The position numbers and the translations under genes were made by a program. Shown here in pieces: positions 42,166 through 52,275 of a DNA stretch of 64,000 nt (its first letter is position 1; each line of letters begins with the position of its first letter). The notes beneath the pieces are model-generated. The model was not told where the DNA came from and ran no database searches. It saw only the letters and a program-made list of their open reading frames with translations. Source of the DNA: an uncultured delta proteobacterium (GTDB lineage: Bacteria; Desulfobacterota; Syntrophobacteria; BM002); assembly GCA_963712115.1 (NCBI GenBank), contig CAVQGX010000042.1, positions 64,001 to 128,000 of the forward strand. Direction: 5' to 3'.

Positions 42166-42325
42166 AACCATGGCTTCACGACCCTGAGGGGAACGAAGGG
42201 GCGATGACGGCGAGGTAAGCATTTTTCTCCGTGTCCCCGTTTCGCCGTGTCTGCGCGTCGCTCAGTTGAAGGGGGATAGATACTGGATAAAAGAAGCAAG
42301 GCCCAGGCCCAGAGGTCACTAACTC

Positions 42326-43369
42326 TTAATATCTGAGCATGGTGCTCATATTGTGTAGAGCAGCACTTATAGAGGCGGCAAGATTGTAGCGATGGTTTGC
42401 CAAAATATCATCATCTTGGCTATTGGTAATAAGCCAAGGGGCGCACTCCGAACCCCGTTTTAAATTCTCCACGATCTTATCCATCAATGCCAACGCATCA
42501 ATGGTCTGCAACTGCTCGACAAAGCCCACCCGAACAGTTTTGAGGATTTCATACATTACGTGGGTCACTCCCTGGCAATAATAAAAATAATTATCAGCTT
42601 GAAAGTGGCTGACCCGTGACCCATCCGGCTCCGTCTCTTTAACCAGGTTCTCGTGGCAATTGCCAAGGAGGTCCTTGTAAGAAGCAATGAGAGAAAGCAA
42701 GTTGTCCGTGCGGTAATAGAAGCGACTTTTCCCCTGCTTAAGATTTTCGAGAAATCCCTGCAGTTCTTTGAGCGCATCCTTATACTGGCTCTCGGTTGAC
42801 GGAAACCAAAATTGATCCGCTCTGTTCATCAGCAAGTTCACCGCCTCTACTAAATGGGGATCATAGGCGTCGGCATCGCCAAAACGGGTCAAAGTCTCCT
42901 TCAGTTTGATGGCCGTATAGCGCATCGCCTCGAGAGCCCCCAACTGATACTCGTTGACATTGTCGGTAAGTCTGCCGATGAGCAAATCATTTGGCCGCCA
43001 ACCCCAAAAACGCCCATTAAGCTCATAGTCTAATAGTTCGGTCAGTTTTTCGGTGAAAGCCACTCCGGCAATCTCAGTGGAGACTAGCTTTTCAGTTGCG
43101 GTGCGGGGCGTCAAGCTGGGCTCAGAAATCGCCTCTTGCTTTTCGGCGACCTCACCTTTTACCTCCTTTTGAGGTGTTTCAACCTCTGTGGTGACTGCAC
43201 CACTTGATTCGACCACTTCCTTCGACGGACCATCCTCGAAACAACCTGTAAAAAAAGCGCAAAAAATAAGGAGGATACCCAGGTTGCTTAGAAAGAAGCG
43301 AAAAAGTTGCAAGTAGTAGTTGCCATTGCTGGCTCTGGAAAACCCTTTGCTGCGCCGCACAAACCTCAC
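42326..43369 (-). CDS. DUF2333 family (lipo)protein
   Basis: GWRPND..DN...YQLG, W.FPS.E..Y, QADNYFY..QG, ANHR. Confidence 0.7.
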   Translation of the reverse strand: MRFVRRSKGFSRASNGNYYLQLFRFFLSNLGILLIFCAFFTGCFEDGPSKEVVESSGAVTTEVETPQKEVKGEVAEKQEAISEPSLTPRTATEKLVSTEIAGVAFTEKLTELLDYELNGRFWGWRPNDLLIGRLTDNVNEYQLGALEAMRYTAIKLKETLTRFGDADAYDPHLVEAVNLLMNRADQFWFPSTESQYKDALKELQGFLENLKQGKSRFYYRTDNLLSLIASYKDLLGNCHENLVKETEPDGSRVSHFQADNYFYYCQGVTHVMYEILKTVRVGFVEQLQTIDALALMDKIVENLKRGSECAPWLITNSQDDDILANHRYNLAASISAALHNMSTMLRY

Positions 43370-43467
43370 TTAACTCTCACTCCCAGACGAAGTCTAATCA
43401 CTCCGTTTCAGATTGATAGTAAAAGCCCGGCTAATTTTACTTGCTCGGCCGAGTCGACAGATCTAAC

Positions 43468-43848
43468 TCAATCGGCAGATTCACCCAAGTAACTTGCACA
43501 GGCATCCTGAGACTCCCAGGCGGTCACCCGTCTAATCCGCACTCGGTCATTATCGATCTTCTCTTGGAGCCTATGGAAAATATAACGGGCAATGTTTTCC
43601 GAAGATGGATTGTTCTCCATAAAAAAAGGCAAATCATTAAGATATCGGTGATCAATCTCAGACATGATTTCACTGGTGGCGGCCTTGACTTCTGCAAAGT
43701 CGAGCACTACCCCACTGTCGTCCAGATTCTTGCCGCTGAGCACAACCTCCACTTTCCAGTTGTGCCCGTGAAGGGCTTCACATTTGCCACGGAAGTTTCT
43801 TAAATTATGTGCAGCAGAGAATTCTGTTATTATCTTGAGCTCATACAT
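43468..43848 (-). CDS. queD: 6-carboxy-5,6,7,8-tetrahydropterin synthase
   Basis: FSAAH.L...GKCE.LHGHNW, DH.YLND, NPSSENIA, WES. Confidence 0.95.
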   Translation of the reverse strand: MYELKIITEFSAAHNLRNFRGKCEALHGHNWKVEVVLSGKNLDDSGVVLDFAEVKAATSEIMSEIDHRYLNDLPFFMENNPSSENIARYIFHRLQEKIDNDRVRIRRVTAWESQDACASYLGESAD

Positions 43849-43888
43849 CTAATTCCTCAATTACCAAATGGTTTGATCCATTCAATAT

Positions 43889-44057
43889 TAACTAGTGTCC
43901 AGCCGGAAACCAAAGATTTCCGGCTGGAGCTGTCAGTGTTCAGCAGTCAGCATTCAGCTTAAATTGTTGGAGTTATATTATATTTAGCTGAAAGCTAAAC
44001 GCTGATCGCTGATGGCGCGAGTCCGAAAAATGTTGTTTTCGGATGAGTACTAACTAG
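43889..44057. mobile_element. MITE-like element
   Basis: Flanking direct repeat TAACTAG; imperfect terminal inverted repeats TAGTGTCCAGCCGGAAA / TTTCGGATGAGTACTA; internal heptamer palindrome. Confidence 0.55.
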
Positions 44058-44138
44058 CCGGCAACTATGTTCCCTCTCCCTTAGTCCTGAGGGGTTCGAG
44101 TGAGTCTCAGCCTAAATATAAATAGATGGCTCGAAGGA

Positions 44139-44432
44139 TTAATCTATCTCCGGTTCACCTGTGTACGGTTTGCCGCATTCTTTGCAGCGGCCATCATCTC
44201 CGATCACCCCAATACAAGTACCGTCGCTGCACAGCTTCCTGCTGTCAAAATCAATTGTACCCTCATCGTCACCTTCAACCGCAGCATCCGCCAACTCTGC
44301 ATCAGGCTCATCGGCAGTCCCACTCACTTTTTGACCACACCAGCAGCAATACTGGCTGTCTTCGGGTAGCGATCGCTCACATGCCGGACATGTGGCCTCC
44401 CCTAGTGATTCACCGCAGTGTGGGCACTTCAA
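44139..44432 (-). CDS. Zinc-ribbon protein
   Basis: CPHCG, CPAC, YCCWCG, R.LCSDGTCIGVI...G.C..CG. Confidence 0.8.
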   Translation of the reverse strand: MKCPHCGESLGEATCPACERSLPEDSQYCCWCGQKVSGTADEPDAELADAAVEGDDEGTIDFDSRKLCSDGTCIGVIGDDGRCKECGKPYTGEPEID

Positions 44433-44523
44433 GGCACTTTCCTCCCTATCGATGAACGGCTAAGCCAGTGGATATTTAAATTACAACTTCCTGGCTAACG
44501 ACATATTCACAATCACATTCTCA

Positions 44524-44555
44524 AATCCGCAATCCGCAATCCGCAATCCGCAATC
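44524..44555 (+). repeat. Tandem heptamer (AATCCGC)x4
   Basis: aatccgcaatccgcaatccgcaatccgcaatc; also at about 53633-53656. Confidence 0.9.
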
Positions 44556-44629
44556 TGAGCATGCCTTTGAGAGTCGACCTCTTGTAACTTAATCTCTGGT
44601 GTTTGTCAACGCAACAGGGGCGCTGGAAC

Positions 44630-44981
44630 AGTCCCGTCCGTTGTCCGTCGTCAGTGGTCCGTTGTATTTATGCGCAAAGCGCATAGAGCATAGCGCAGAG
44701 CGTACAGGGCCATGCGCACTAAGCACTATGCAAAGCGGGACGACCCGGGGACCCGCCCGCCTCGCCTGAAGGCGAAGCCGATGGCGGGCAGGCGCGAAGA
44801 AACGGCGAGACGGCGATGCGAGGTGAGAAGTCAGAGGACGGAAGTCGGAGGTCAGAGGACAGAGGGCTTCGGATTTTGGATTCTTAATTTCGAATTGCCA
44901 AATTTGAACCCTATGCTCCATGCCCTATGCCCCATGCCTTCTATGCAACGGACGACGGACTACTGACCACTGACCAAGGAC
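44630..44981. repeat. Nested multi-family repeat cluster
   Basis: Outer GTCCGTT/AACGGAC arms enclose GCATAG/CTATGC arms, which enclose further modules. Confidence 0.8.
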
Positions 44982-45076
44982 GTCTCCTGACTAGGGGAAA
45001 ACCCATGGTCTGCTGAGATTTCCTTCCTTCGCGGTACAATTCTCTCTGCCATTGTGCCGGCCTTCGGTTTTTTCTG

Positions 45077-45105
45077 TTGACAACGGAGTCACTGTTGAGT
45101 ATGAA
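45077..45105 (+). promoter_or_regulatory. tRNA promoter
   Basis: TTGACA-N17-TATGAA. Confidence 0.55.
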
Positions 45106-45118
45106 TCCCCTACGTTCT

Positions 45119-45195
45119 GGCGGTGTAGCTCAGCAGGTCAGAGCATGCGGCTCATATCCGCAGTGTCCGGGGTTCAAGTCCCTGCACCGCCACCA
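45119..45195 (+). tRNA. tRNA-Met(CAT), elongator type
   Basis: Cloverleaf GGCGGTG/CACCGCC, anticodon loop CTCATAT, TTCAAGT, encoded CCA; G1-C72 paired, so not the initiator. Confidence 0.93.
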
Positions 45196-45537
45196 AACAA
45201 GATAACGATATCAGCGAGTAAGCTGATTATGAGGGAACAAGCTGCCGGTTGTACCTTGGCAATTGTTCCCTCTATTTTTGGCTCCCAAGAAGAGCAAAAA
45301 AAATCTAAAACGACAATCCAATACTAATGCTAAATACTCATAATCACTACTTAAAATTAGAGCTAATCGATCGGTTACAAAAGAACATCAGATGGGTATG
45401 AATTCATAGTCGGAATCATTTCTCTTAAAATTCTATGATTTTTTTCCTTGAAATATTCAGAATTATCCTGTATTTACTAAAATAGTCCAGCCAGATAGGG
45501 AATTCGCTTAGGTAACTTGAGGAGGGGGGAGTCATCT

Positions 45538-45822
45538 ATGACTTTAACGAAGGCGCATATTGTAGAGAGTCTGTTTGCAAGGAATATTTTCACCAAGAGC
45601 GAGTGCGCAGAGATTGTCGAAACCCTCTTCGAGATAGTCAAGAAGACATTGGAGGAGGGCGAAGACGTTCTCATCAGCGGCTTCGGCAAATTCAGTGTGA
45701 AGGACAAGAATCAGCGGCGCGGTCGTAACCCCCAGACCGGCAACCCCATTATGCTCTCACCGCGCAAGGTAGTCACCTTTAAGTGCTCCGGTGTTCTACG
45801 ACAAGCAATTAACAGCCGCTAA
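45538..45822 (+). CDS. ihfA: Integration host factor alpha
   Basis: MTLTKA.IV, LISGFGKF, GRNPQTG, R.VVTF. Confidence 0.9.
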   Translation: MTLTKAHIVESLFARNIFTKSECAEIVETLFEIVKKTLEEGEDVLISGFGKFSVKDKNQRRGRNPQTGNPIMLSPRKVVTFKCSGVLRQAINSR

Positions 45823-45934
45823 GCTTGTGTCTCTTCTTGTGAACAGGAGAATAGTTGCTCTACCTGTATTATCTCTCTATTCTCCAGTGTGGGATGATTT
45901 TTTTCCTTCGGTTGCTCCTGCGCTAGCCTCTAAG

Positions 45935-46420
45935 TTAGGAACGTAGGGTGGCAACCAGCCGAGCCGGTTTCAGTAAGAGGTCTAGCGCCTCCTCTGCGCT
46001 TGCCACTAAAATATCGCTCGCCAGCAGGGCCTGTAAAGAGGTCCCTTCCCCTTGCATAACGCAAATCCCGAGGCGTGCCTTGCGAAGCATTAGTGCGTCA
46101 TTGGCACCATTTCCAAAAGCAACTGTCTGCGAGGCCCCCAGTTTCTCTAAGATCTCACCTTTTTGCTCTGCCTCTTTTCCGGCCTCTATCCGTGCAATCT
46201 CGAGTCCCCCGCAATCCTCCGCCAGATGGGCAGCAGTACCATGGGTATCAGCCGTAACCAGATAAATGGCAAGCAGGTCCTGCAAAAGCCGCAGTTTCTC
46301 TTTGACTGCCCCTGGCAAGATCCCGTCAGTTGCCAGGGTTCCGTTCAAATCAAACAGAGCCTGCCGCAAGCGCAGTTCCCCCCACCCAGGTATTTCAAGG
46401 TTCAGACCCCTATTTTCCAT
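45935..46420 (-). CDS. HAD-family soluble P-type-ATPase-like phosphatase
   Basis: FDLNGTLA.DG, TADT.G, GNGAND; AAGGAGG RBS. Confidence 0.85.
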   Translation of the reverse strand: MENRGLNLEIPGWGELRLRQALFDLNGTLATDGILPGAVKEKLRLLQDLLAIYLVTADTHGTAAHLAEDCGGLEIARIEAGKEAEQKGEILEKLGASQTVAFGNGANDALMLRKARLGICVMQGEGTSLQALLASDILVASAEEALDLLLKPARLVATLRS

Positions 46421-46474
46421 CCTGGTTTGCTCCTCCTTCCCCACCCACATTCGAAATACCAAAACGGTTATTAA

Positions 46475-46636
46475 CTAAGCTCTGCAAAAATCTCCTCTCC
46501 CCTTGGAAACACTGTCACAATTGGCTGAACCCGTCATTCCGGACGAGTCCGCCGACGGCGGGCTTGGCCGGTATGACGAATTGCGACACAGTTTCTTGAG
46601 GGGAGAGGGAAAATCTAATTATCCTGCGGAGCCAAG
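46475..46636. repeat. Five-layer nested palindrome
   Basis: Concentric inverted-repeat pairs (see findings). Confidence 0.8.
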
Positions 46637-46686
46637 TAAACAAACATTTTCCCTTTTGACCGCAGGGACGACCTCATATTGCTAAT

Positions 46687-46732
46687 AAAAAAGGCCCACA
46701 GGGAGCGACTTTCGCATCCGTACGGGCCTTTA
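46687..46732 (-). terminator. Probable ppdK terminator
   Basis: AAAAAAGGCCC ... GGGCCTTTT on the + strand, just past the ppdK stop. Confidence 0.55.
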
Positions 46733-46755
46733 GGATAAAATGTGTTCCAGCCCCC

Positions 46756-49494
46756 TTAAGGGTTTCTCAAAGCCGCTTGGGCTGCGGCCAACCGTGCAAT
46801 TGGCACCCGGAAGGGTGAGCAGCTAACGTAGTCGAGGCCGACCCGGTGGCAAAAGTCGATGGAGGTGGGTTCACCGCCATGCTCGCCACATATACCCACT
46901 TTAAGGTCTGGTCTGGTGGATCGTCCCAGCCGAACACCCATATCCACCAACTGGCCGACGCCGGTCTGATCGAGCTTTTCGAAGGGGTCGTCCGGCCAGA
47001 TATCGCCTTCAAGATATGGATAAAGAAACTTCCCTGAGTCGTCTCTGCTTATGCCGTAAACGGTCTGAGTAAGATCGTTGGTGCCGTAGGAGAAGAACTC
47101 CGCCTCCTGGGCTATGGCGTCGGCTGTGAGCGCCGCCCGCGGTATCTCGATCATGGTGCCCACACTGAACTCCACTTCGATGCCCTGCTCGGCAAAAACC
47201 TCTTCAGCGGCCTTGAGTACCACCTTCTTTTGGTGCTTCAGTTCCTCCACCCCACTGATTAAGGGGATCATGATCTCTGGAAGGACCTTCACCCCCTCTT
47301 TGGCCGCGATGCAGGCCGCTTCCAAAATGGCCTTGGCCTGCATTGCTGTGATCTCCGGATAGACTATACCCAGACGACAGCCCCTGTGTCCCAGCATGGG
47401 ATTGGCCTCAGCCAGGGATTCCACCCGAGCCTCCACTTCTTGCACCGGGATGGAAAGCGACTTTGCCAGGTCGGCTATGCCCGCTTCGTCGTGGGGCAGG
47501 AACTCGTGCAGGGGCGGGTCCAGAGTACGGATTGTCACAGGCTTGCCGTTCATCACTCTAAATATGCCGAGAAAGTCCTCCCTTTGCATGGGCAGGAGTT
47601 TGGTCAGGGCCTTTTCTCTATCCTCCTTGGTGTCGGCGAGAATCATCTCGCGCATGGAAGTAATGCGATCCTCCATGAAGAACATGTGCTCAGTGCGGGT
47701 CAATCCTATGCCCTCGGCGCCAAAGGCAATGGCAACTTCGCACTGTTCCGGTTCGTCGGCATTGGTTCTTATGCCAAGCCTGCGCACCTCATCGGCCCAG
47801 GTGAGAAGCTTGCCGAAAGCCTGGCAGATGGCGGAGTCCATTGGATCCAGGCTGCACTCGATTACCGCCCTGTATATCTCTGAGGGGTAAGTGGGTATTT
47901 GCCCGATGATCACCTGGCCCTCAGTGCCGTCCAGAGAGATCCAATCGCCTTCCTTGACCACCTGTTTCCCGTCCACCGACATCTTTCGGTCTCTGTAGCT
48001 GATGTCCAGAGCTCCGCAGCCAGCCACGCAAACCTTGCCCATCTGGCGAGCCACCAAAGCAGCGTGGGATGTCATCCCGCCCCTGGCCGTGAGTATCCCT
48101 TGGGCGGCGTCCATACCGCGGATGTCGTCAGGTGAGGTCTCCCAGCGTACCAGAATTACCTTTTCGCCCCGTTCCGCCCACTCAACGGCGTCTTCAGCGT
48201 TGAAGACCACCTTTCCCGAAGCTGCACCGGGACCCGCATTGAGGCCTACGGCCAAGAGTTTACCTCCATCGATTATTTTATTCTTCTCGGCGGGATTGAA
48301 GGTGGGCTGTAAGAGCTGGTTGAGCTGATCGGGCTCCACCCGCATGAGAGCCTCCTCTTTCGAGATGAGGCCCGCCTCCGCCATTTCCACCGCAATCCTC
48401 ACCGAGGCGACTCCCGTGCGTTTCCCGGAGCGGGTCTGGAGCATCCAGAGCTTTCCCTTCTGGATGGTGAACTCGATGTCCTGCATCTCCCGGTAGTGAG
48501 AGTCCAGCTTCTTTCTTATGGAGTCCAGCTCATCATATATATCAGGCATTTCCTCTTCCAGGGACAGAGCGTCGCGGTCACCCTTCTGGACCTTGTTGAT
48601 GGGCTGGGGGGTCCTGGTACCTGCCACCACGTCCTCGCCCTGGGCGTTCATTAAATATTCGCCGTAGAAGGTATTGTCACCGGTGGCCGGATTGCGGGTG
48701 AAGGCCACGCCGGTGCCCGAGTCATCCCCCAGATTTCCAAATACCATGGCCTGAACATTTACCGCGGTGCCCATGTCATCGGGTATGTTGTTCAGCTCCC
48801 GGTAAGCCACGGCCCTGGGGATGTCCCAGGAGTAAAACACAGCACCGATACCCCCCCAGAGTTGCTCCCTGGGGTCCTGGGGAAATTCCACACCCAGCCT
48901 GCTCTTGATGGCCTCCTTGTAGCGTTCGGTCAGCTCTTTGAGGTCGTCCGCTGACAGCTCCAGGTCCAATTCCACCCCGGCCTTTTTCTTGAGCTCTTCC
49001 AGAATCTCCTCAAAGGGATCGATGTCGTCCCTGGACTCTGGTTTGAGGCCCATGACCACATCCCCGTACATGCCAATTAACCGCCGGTAGCTGTCATAGA
49101 CAAACCGAGGGTTTTTTGTCTGCTCGACCAGGCCGGCTACGGTCTCGTCGTTTAGGCCCAGGTTAAGGACGGTGTCCATCATCCCCGGCATACTGATGGC
49201 CGCGCCGGAGCGCACGCTCATTAGCAGCGGTTTATTAGGATCGCCGAACTTCAACCCCAGTACACTCTCCATCCTGGCCACAGCCTCATCCACCTCTGCC
49301 TGAATCTCCGCCGGGTATCTTTGGGGATCTTTGTAGAACGCACAGACATCGGTGCTGATGGTGAAACCGGGCGGCACTGGGATTCCCATGTTGGTCATCT
49401 CGGCCAGGTTTGCACCCTTACCCCCAAGTAAGGCCTTCATCTCTTTGGTCCCGTCAGCCTTGCCTTCTCCGAAAAAGTAGACGTACTTTGCCAT
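46756..49494 (-). CDS. ppdK: Pyruvate, phosphate dikinase
   Basis: [42 protein letters not shown]. Confidence 0.98.
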   Translation of the reverse strand: MAKYVYFFGEGKADGTKEMKALLGGKGANLAEMTNMGIPVPPGFTISTDVCAFYKDPQRYPAEIQAEVDEAVARMESVLGLKFGDPNKPLLMSVRSGAAISMPGMMDTVLNLGLNDETVAGLVEQTKNPRFVYDSYRRLIGMYGDVVMGLKPESRDDIDPFEEILEELKKKAGVELDLELSADDLKELTERYKEAIKSRLGVEFPQDPREQLWGGIGAVFYSWDIPRAVAYRELNNIPDDMGTAVNVQAMVFGNLGDDSGTGVAFTRNPATGDNTFYGEYLMNAQGEDVVAGTRTPQPINKVQKGDRDALSLEEEMPDIYDELDSIRKKLDSHYREMQDIEFTIQKGKLWMLQTRSGKRTGVASVRIAVEMAEAGLISKEEALMRVEPDQLNQLLQPTFNPAEKNKIIDGGKLLAVGLNAGPGAASGKVVFNAEDAVEWAERGEKVILVRWETSPDDIRGMDAAQGILTARGGMTSHAALVARQMGKVCVAGCGALDISYRDRKMSVDGKQVVKEGDWISLDGTEGQVIIGQIPTYPSEIYRAVIECSLDPMDSAICQAFGKLLTWADEVRRLGIRTNADEPEQCEVAIAFGAEGIGLTRTEHMFFMEDRITSMREMILADTKEDREKALTKLLPMQREDFLGIFRVMNGKPVTIRTLDPPLHEFLPHDEAGIADLAKSLSIPVQEVEARVESLAEANPMLGHRGCRLGIVYPEITAMQAKAILEAACIAAKEGVKVLPEIMIPLISGVEELKHQKKVVLKAAEEVFAEQGIEVEFSVGTMIEIPRAALTADAIAQEAEFFSYGTNDLTQTVYGISRDDSGKFLYPYLEGDIWPDDPFEKLDQTGVGQLVDMGVRLGRSTRPDLKVGICGEHGGEPTSIDFCHRVGLDYVSCSPFRVPIARLAAAQAALRNP

Positions 49495-49882
49495 AGTTTT
49501 TCTCCCTTGCTGAAAGAAAGACCTCGACTATGCCTGATGGAAAAACTATGAAACCAGTCCACAGCCTGTCATGGAAGGGGGGTGGACAAGAGCCGGTCCT
49601 TAAAACTGGACCGACGGCATTGATCCAACCAGGCTATCCAGAATTATAGAAGGTGATATGATTGGAGTGGTGACCTCTAATTGCAGGTCTGACTCCCAAG
49701 TGACGGCGCTACTATGCCACAATGGCTATACACTGTCAATCACTCTGACGATCCCCAGGAGAGAGGAAATGCAGGACTTGCCACTCCGCCTCGAACCGAG
49801 GTTGGCGTCTGCTTGCCAGTCATGAAAAAAGAGGCTACACTGATGTGAACTTTGGGCTAGCCCCCAACTGGAATGGTGGAAA

Positions 49883-50761
49883 TTGAAGCCTACTCCTATG
49901 GACGCACTACAGTATTTATCTGAACCCCAGCTTAATGACCCGGTTCTGCTAGCCGGCTTTGGCGGTTGGGGCAATGCTGGCGAGGTGGCCACCAGCACTG
50001 TGGACTTTATGGTCAACAGCTTGGAAGCAGAGCAGTTGGCCAGTCTAGAGTCCGATGATTTTTATCTCTTCTCTGTCAATCGACCTTTGGTAAACATCGC
50101 CAACGGGCATTTGAAAAGTTTGGATCTCCCCAGAAGCCGATTCTATTTTTCGACAAATTCACCAGGTGCAGATGTGATTCTATTTATCGGTCCCGAGCCA
50201 CAGTTATGCTGGCATCAATACATAGAAGCATTCATGCAACTCTGCCACCGCTTCGGCGTAAGGACCTTAATCACCCTGGGAGGTCTTCACGACGAAGTGC
50301 TTCACAACGAGACCAAGATCTCCGCTGCAGGTGCATCCATGGATGACGTCCAGAGACTTCGCCAACTTAGAGAACCTGTGGAACTCATAGATTATGTGGG
50401 CCCTAGCGCCATCCACTCCTTATTCCTTGCCAAAGCGCAAGAACAGAAGATGGAGTCAATCAGCCTGTGGGCGCACGCCGCCTCTTACTTGCAGGGCACA
50501 AATTACAGGCTCTGCAGTGGACTGATAAAACGACTTAACCTCCTCCTAGAGTTGGAGGTGGACACCACCGAATTGGACCTATCATGGAAGCTGGTTGAAG
50601 ATCACATTGATGGGTTGATCAAAAAGAATGAGCAGCTGAAGCAATATGTGGAAGAGCTGAAAAGACGGGAGAAGCGCGGCAGTTTCACCCCCCGGCCCTC
50701 CTCCCCTGCCAAAGTCATCCGGTTGGATGATTTTTTGAAGCAGGACAAGTCAGAGAAGTGA
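49883..50761 (+). CDS. PAC2 family protein
   Basis: LLAGF.GWGNAGEVA, RP.V, G.EP...W, TLGG, SLWA. Confidence 0.8.
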   Translation: MKPTPMDALQYLSEPQLNDPVLLAGFGGWGNAGEVATSTVDFMVNSLEAEQLASLESDDFYLFSVNRPLVNIANGHLKSLDLPRSRFYFSTNSPGADVILFIGPEPQLCWHQYIEAFMQLCHRFGVRTLITLGGLHDEVLHNETKISAAGASMDDVQRLRQLREPVELIDYVGPSAIHSLFLAKAQEQKMESISLWAHAASYLQGTNYRLCSGLIKRLNLLLELEVDTTELDLSWKLVEDHIDGLIKKNEQLKQYVEELKRREKRGSFTPRPSSPAKVIRLDDFLKQDKSEK

Positions 50762-50928
50762 CAGGTTTCATCGGAGATGGGATGTAGCATCTCAATGCTG
50801 GCTTCGTCCTGAACTTTCAGCACATAAATTGCATAACTCCTTGAATCTATGACTGTTATTGTGATATAAGCGGTCAATCTTCTAGCGGAAAAGGTCTCTG
50901 TAGTGCACAATTAACCAAGAATGAAATT

Positions 50929-52230
50929 ATGATTACCCGCTATACCCGTCCAGTAATGGGTCGCATCTGGGAGCAGGAAAACCTTTATCGTCAGTGGTTG
51001 AGGGTGGAACTAGCTGCAGTAGACGCTATGGCCCAGTTGGGACAGATACCTGCTCAAGCGGCCCAGGAGATTGCTCAAAAGGCAGACTTCGATGTGGATC
51101 GTATCGACGAAATTGAGCGTGAGACAAAACACGACGTCATTGCCTTTCTTACCTGTGTGGCGGAATATGTTGGAGACTCCGCCCGCTACATCCATCTTGG
51201 ACTGACCTCCTCGGACATTTTGGATACCAGTCTCGCTCTGCTGCTCAGGCAAGCAGCAGAAATATTGCTCGATGATATTCAGGCATTGCTCGAAGTTCTG
51301 AAGCGACGGGCTTACGAGCATCGTCACACTGTAATGATTGGCCGCTCCCACGGAGTACACGCTGAGCCGATCACCTTTGGGCTCAAATTGGCACTCTGGC
51401 ACGCGGAGATGGACCGCAATAGAGAGAGGTTGCTCCGAGCCCAGGAGAACATCAGTGTAGGCAAAGTGTCGGGAGCAGTTGGGACCTATGCAAATGTAGA
51501 TCCTAGGGTTGAAAAACTTGCCTGTGTCCAGTTGGGATTGCAGCCAGCATCCATTTCCACCCAGATCATCCAACGAGATCGTCACGCCGAGTATTTCTCT
51601 ACTTTGGCTATTATTGCCAGCAGCATCGAAAAAATCGCCATCGAAATTCGCCATCTGCAGCGCACAGAGGTTCGCGAGGTAGAAGAGTATTTTTCCGAAG
51701 GCCAAAAGGGCTCTTCAGCGATGCCACATAAACGAAATCCAATTGGCAGTGAAAATCTGTCCGGACTTGCGCGGTTAGTCCGTGCCAATGCAGTGGCAGC
51801 CATGGAAAACGTTCCTCTTTGGCACGAACGGGACATCAGCCATTCCTCCGTTGAGCGGGTTATTGCCCCTGATAGTAATATTGTGCTCGACTTTATGCTC
51901 CACCGCCTCACCAACATGCTTGACCGGTTAGTTGTTTATCAAGACAAAATGAGGGCGAATCTGGAGAGCACTGGGGGATTATTTTTCTCGCAGCGCGTGC
52001 TGCTGGCTTTGACTGAGAAAGGTGTAGACCGGGACGAAGCCTATCGTCTGACCCAGCGAAATGCCATGGCTGTTTGGAATGAAGGCTCCACCTTCAAAGA
52101 CCGTCTGGCAGCCGATCCTGAAGTCATGGCGCACCTGCGCCCAGATCAATTGGAAGAATTATTCGACCTAAACTATTACCTGAAACACGTTGATACCATT
52201 TTCTCTCAGGTCTTTGGGGGAGGGGATTGA
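50929..52230 (+). CDS. purB: Adenylosuccinate lyase
   Basis: MI.RY.RP.M, HDVIAF, GRSHGVHAEP, GSSAMPHKRNP. Confidence 0.97.
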   Translation: MITRYTRPVMGRIWEQENLYRQWLRVELAAVDAMAQLGQIPAQAAQEIAQKADFDVDRIDEIERETKHDVIAFLTCVAEYVGDSARYIHLGLTSSDILDTSLALLLRQAAEILLDDIQALLEVLKRRAYEHRHTVMIGRSHGVHAEPITFGLKLALWHAEMDRNRERLLRAQENISVGKVSGAVGTYANVDPRVEKLACVQLGLQPASISTQIIQRDRHAEYFSTLAIIASSIEKIAIEIRHLQRTEVREVEEYFSEGQKGSSAMPHKRNPIGSENLSGLARLVRANAVAAMENVPLWHERDISHSSVERVIAPDSNIVLDFMLHRLTNMLDRLVVYQDKMRANLESTGGLFFSQRVLLALTEKGVDRDEAYRLTQRNAMAVWNEGSTFKDRLAADPEVMAHLRPDQLEELFDLNYYLKHVDTIFSQVFGGGD

Positions 52231-52275
52231 AGAAATCCCTGAAATTGATATCTCATTCGACTAGACGGCAATGAT

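Noticed and set aside
45119-45195. Initiator tRNA-fMet or tRNA-Ile2 identity
   Set aside because: 1-72 pair is Watson-Crick and the sequence resembles elongator Met; Ile2 is less likely but not formally excluded.
45119-45300. tRNA-Met as the attachment site of an integrated element
   Set aside because: No integrase and no duplicated tRNA 3' end seen; downstream is a hairpin and ihfA.
51010-51705. Long antisense ORFs (also 3440-3982, 14162-14692, 22201-22824, 47386-47890)
   Set aside because: Shadows of well-supported genes with no recognisable motifs.
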